Source: Hyphococcus sp.
GTDB taxonomy: Bacteria; Pseudomonadota; Alphaproteobacteria; Caulobacterales; Parvularculaceae
Assembly: GCA_021776345.1 (NCBI GenBank)
Contig: JAJFGC010000163.1
Location: 1 to 58,801 of the forward strand
Direction: 5' to 3'
Length of the DNA stretch: 58,801 nt
The translations under genes and the position numbers were made by a program. How positions within the stretch are numbered: the first letter of the stretch is position 1; each line of letters opens with the position of its first letter. Positions 57,794-58,801 of the stretch are shown one piece after another. The notes beneath the pieces are model-generated. The model was not told the origin of the DNA. It worked only from the letters and a program-made list of their open reading frames with translations, and did not search any database.

Positions 57794-58801
57794 ATGTCAG
57801 ACATCGAATTCACCGGTTCCGACGTTCTCCTCCAAAAGGTTGAGAACGGCGAGGACGTGCTGCAAGGCGCGCTAACGGCCATTCGGCAACATTTGGGGAT
57901 GGAAGTCGCCTATTTATCAGAATTTGTTGACGGACGCTCGGTCTTTCGCCGGGTAGACGCGCCGGGACTTGAGGATCTTATCAAGGTTGGCGACAGCCAA
58001 AGTCTTGAGGACGTCTATTGTAGCCACATCCTTGAAGGCCGTCTGCCTGAAATGATCCCTGACACGTCCGCCGAACCGATTTGCGTTGCACTACCGATTA
58101 CCAAAGCTGTTCCGATCGGCTCGCATATGAGCCTCCCGATCCGGCTGGCAGACGGAAAGCCCTATGGCATGTTTTGTTGCCTGAGTCCGGCGCCAAACAA
58201 AAGCCTCAACGAGCGCGACCTTCAAACAATGCGTGTCTTCGCCGATCTTGCGGCGCGTACTGTCAACGATGGCCTAGTTGAAAAGAAACAACGCTCGGAG
58301 AAGCGCACCCGGATCGAAGATGTCACGGCGCGCAAAGCATTCAAGATCGCTTACCAGCCTATCTATGATTTACGCCGAATGAAGCCTGCCGGTTTCGAAG
58401 CGCTTTGCCGCTTTGCCGACAAACCCTATCGCAGCCCCGACATCTGGTTTGGGGAAGCGGCGGATGCAAAATTATCGGTGGAACTGGAACTGGCCGCGAT
58501 CGAGATGGCGGCCTTAGCGGTCTCTGATCTCAAGGACGGGCAATATATCTCCGTCAACGCATCGCCGGATACGGTTTCGTCCAAGCCTTTTGTTAAAATA
58601 TTTTCGAAACTGCCGCTCGACCGGATCGTTCTTGAAATCACAGAACACGCGCCGGTCAAGGATTACGATTTACTGACCAAAACAATCGACCTGCTGCGCG
58701 GCCAGGGAATGCGGCTGGCTGTCGATGATGCTGGCGCCGGACACTCGTCTCTCCAGCACATCGTTCGACTGCATCCAGAAATCGTAAAACTGGATATAAG
58801 C
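57794..58801 (+). CDS. GAF + EAL c-di-GMP phosphodiesterase, runs off right edge
   Basis: Hand translation: LGMEVAYLSEF..YCSHIL..YGMFCC (GAF), then AYQPI..GFEALCRF..SVNAS..LEITE..LAVDDAGAGHSSL..VKLD. Confidence 0.9.
   Translation, partial: MSDIEFTGSDVLLQKVENGEDVLQGALTAIRQHLGMEVAYLSEFVDGRSVFRRVDAPGLEDLIKVGDSQSLEDVYCSHILEGRLPEMIPDTSAEPICVALPITKAVPIGSHMSLPIRLADGKPYGMFCCLSPAPNKSLNERDLQTMRVFADLAARTVNDGLVEKKQRSEKRTRIEDVTARKAFKIAYQPIYDLRRMKPAGFEALCRFADKPYRSPDIWFGEAADAKLSVELELAAIEMAALAVSDLKDGQYISVNASPDTVSSKPFVKIFSKLPLDRIVLEITEHAPVKDYDLLTKTIDLLRGQGMRLAVDDAGAGHSSLQHIVRLHPEIVKLDIS

Overview
58.8 kb of GC-rich alphaproteobacterial chromosome. Gene content suggests a marine Parvularculaceae/Hyphomonadaceae-like organism (inference only). 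From left to right: a Mrp Na+/H+ antiporter operon without a fused mrpA (mrpE-F-G-B'-B-C-D-D-orf-D, minus strand, running off the left edge) with a palindromic repeat inside it and a roughly 130-aa His/acidic insertion in MrpC; an AraC regulator; an orphan ParA with a ribbon-helix-helix-like partner and a DUF2336 gene; a TtpC-type TonB operon (DUF3450-ttpC-exbB-exbD-exbD-tonB-TPR); divergent tRNA-Gln(TTG) and tRNA-Pro(CGG); an accessory block of detoxification and regulator genes (amidohydrolase, AHL-lactonase-like lipoprotein, VOC, EamA, ArsR-SRPBCC, AhpD/HxlR) ending in a TIR-TM-TolB_N-TPR receptor-like protein; an ATP-grasp/MBL/ATP-grasp trio; and the housekeeping backbone pdxH, aroC, dxs, xseB, interrupted by insertions (an AT-rich lipoprotein, a VPLPG-CTERM protein, two tandem secreted TPR-TonB_C paralogues) and scattered with gene remnants (nitronate monooxygenase, mddA, GST, tlyA) and single-base frameshifts. 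The window ends in a partial GAF-EAL phosphodiesterase. I saw no integrase, transposase or CRISPR array. Best candidates for undescribed biology: the anchor-less tandem TPR-TonB_C proteins, the MrpC insertion, the orphan ParA/RHH pair and the TIR receptor. All family calls are by motif recognition, not database search.
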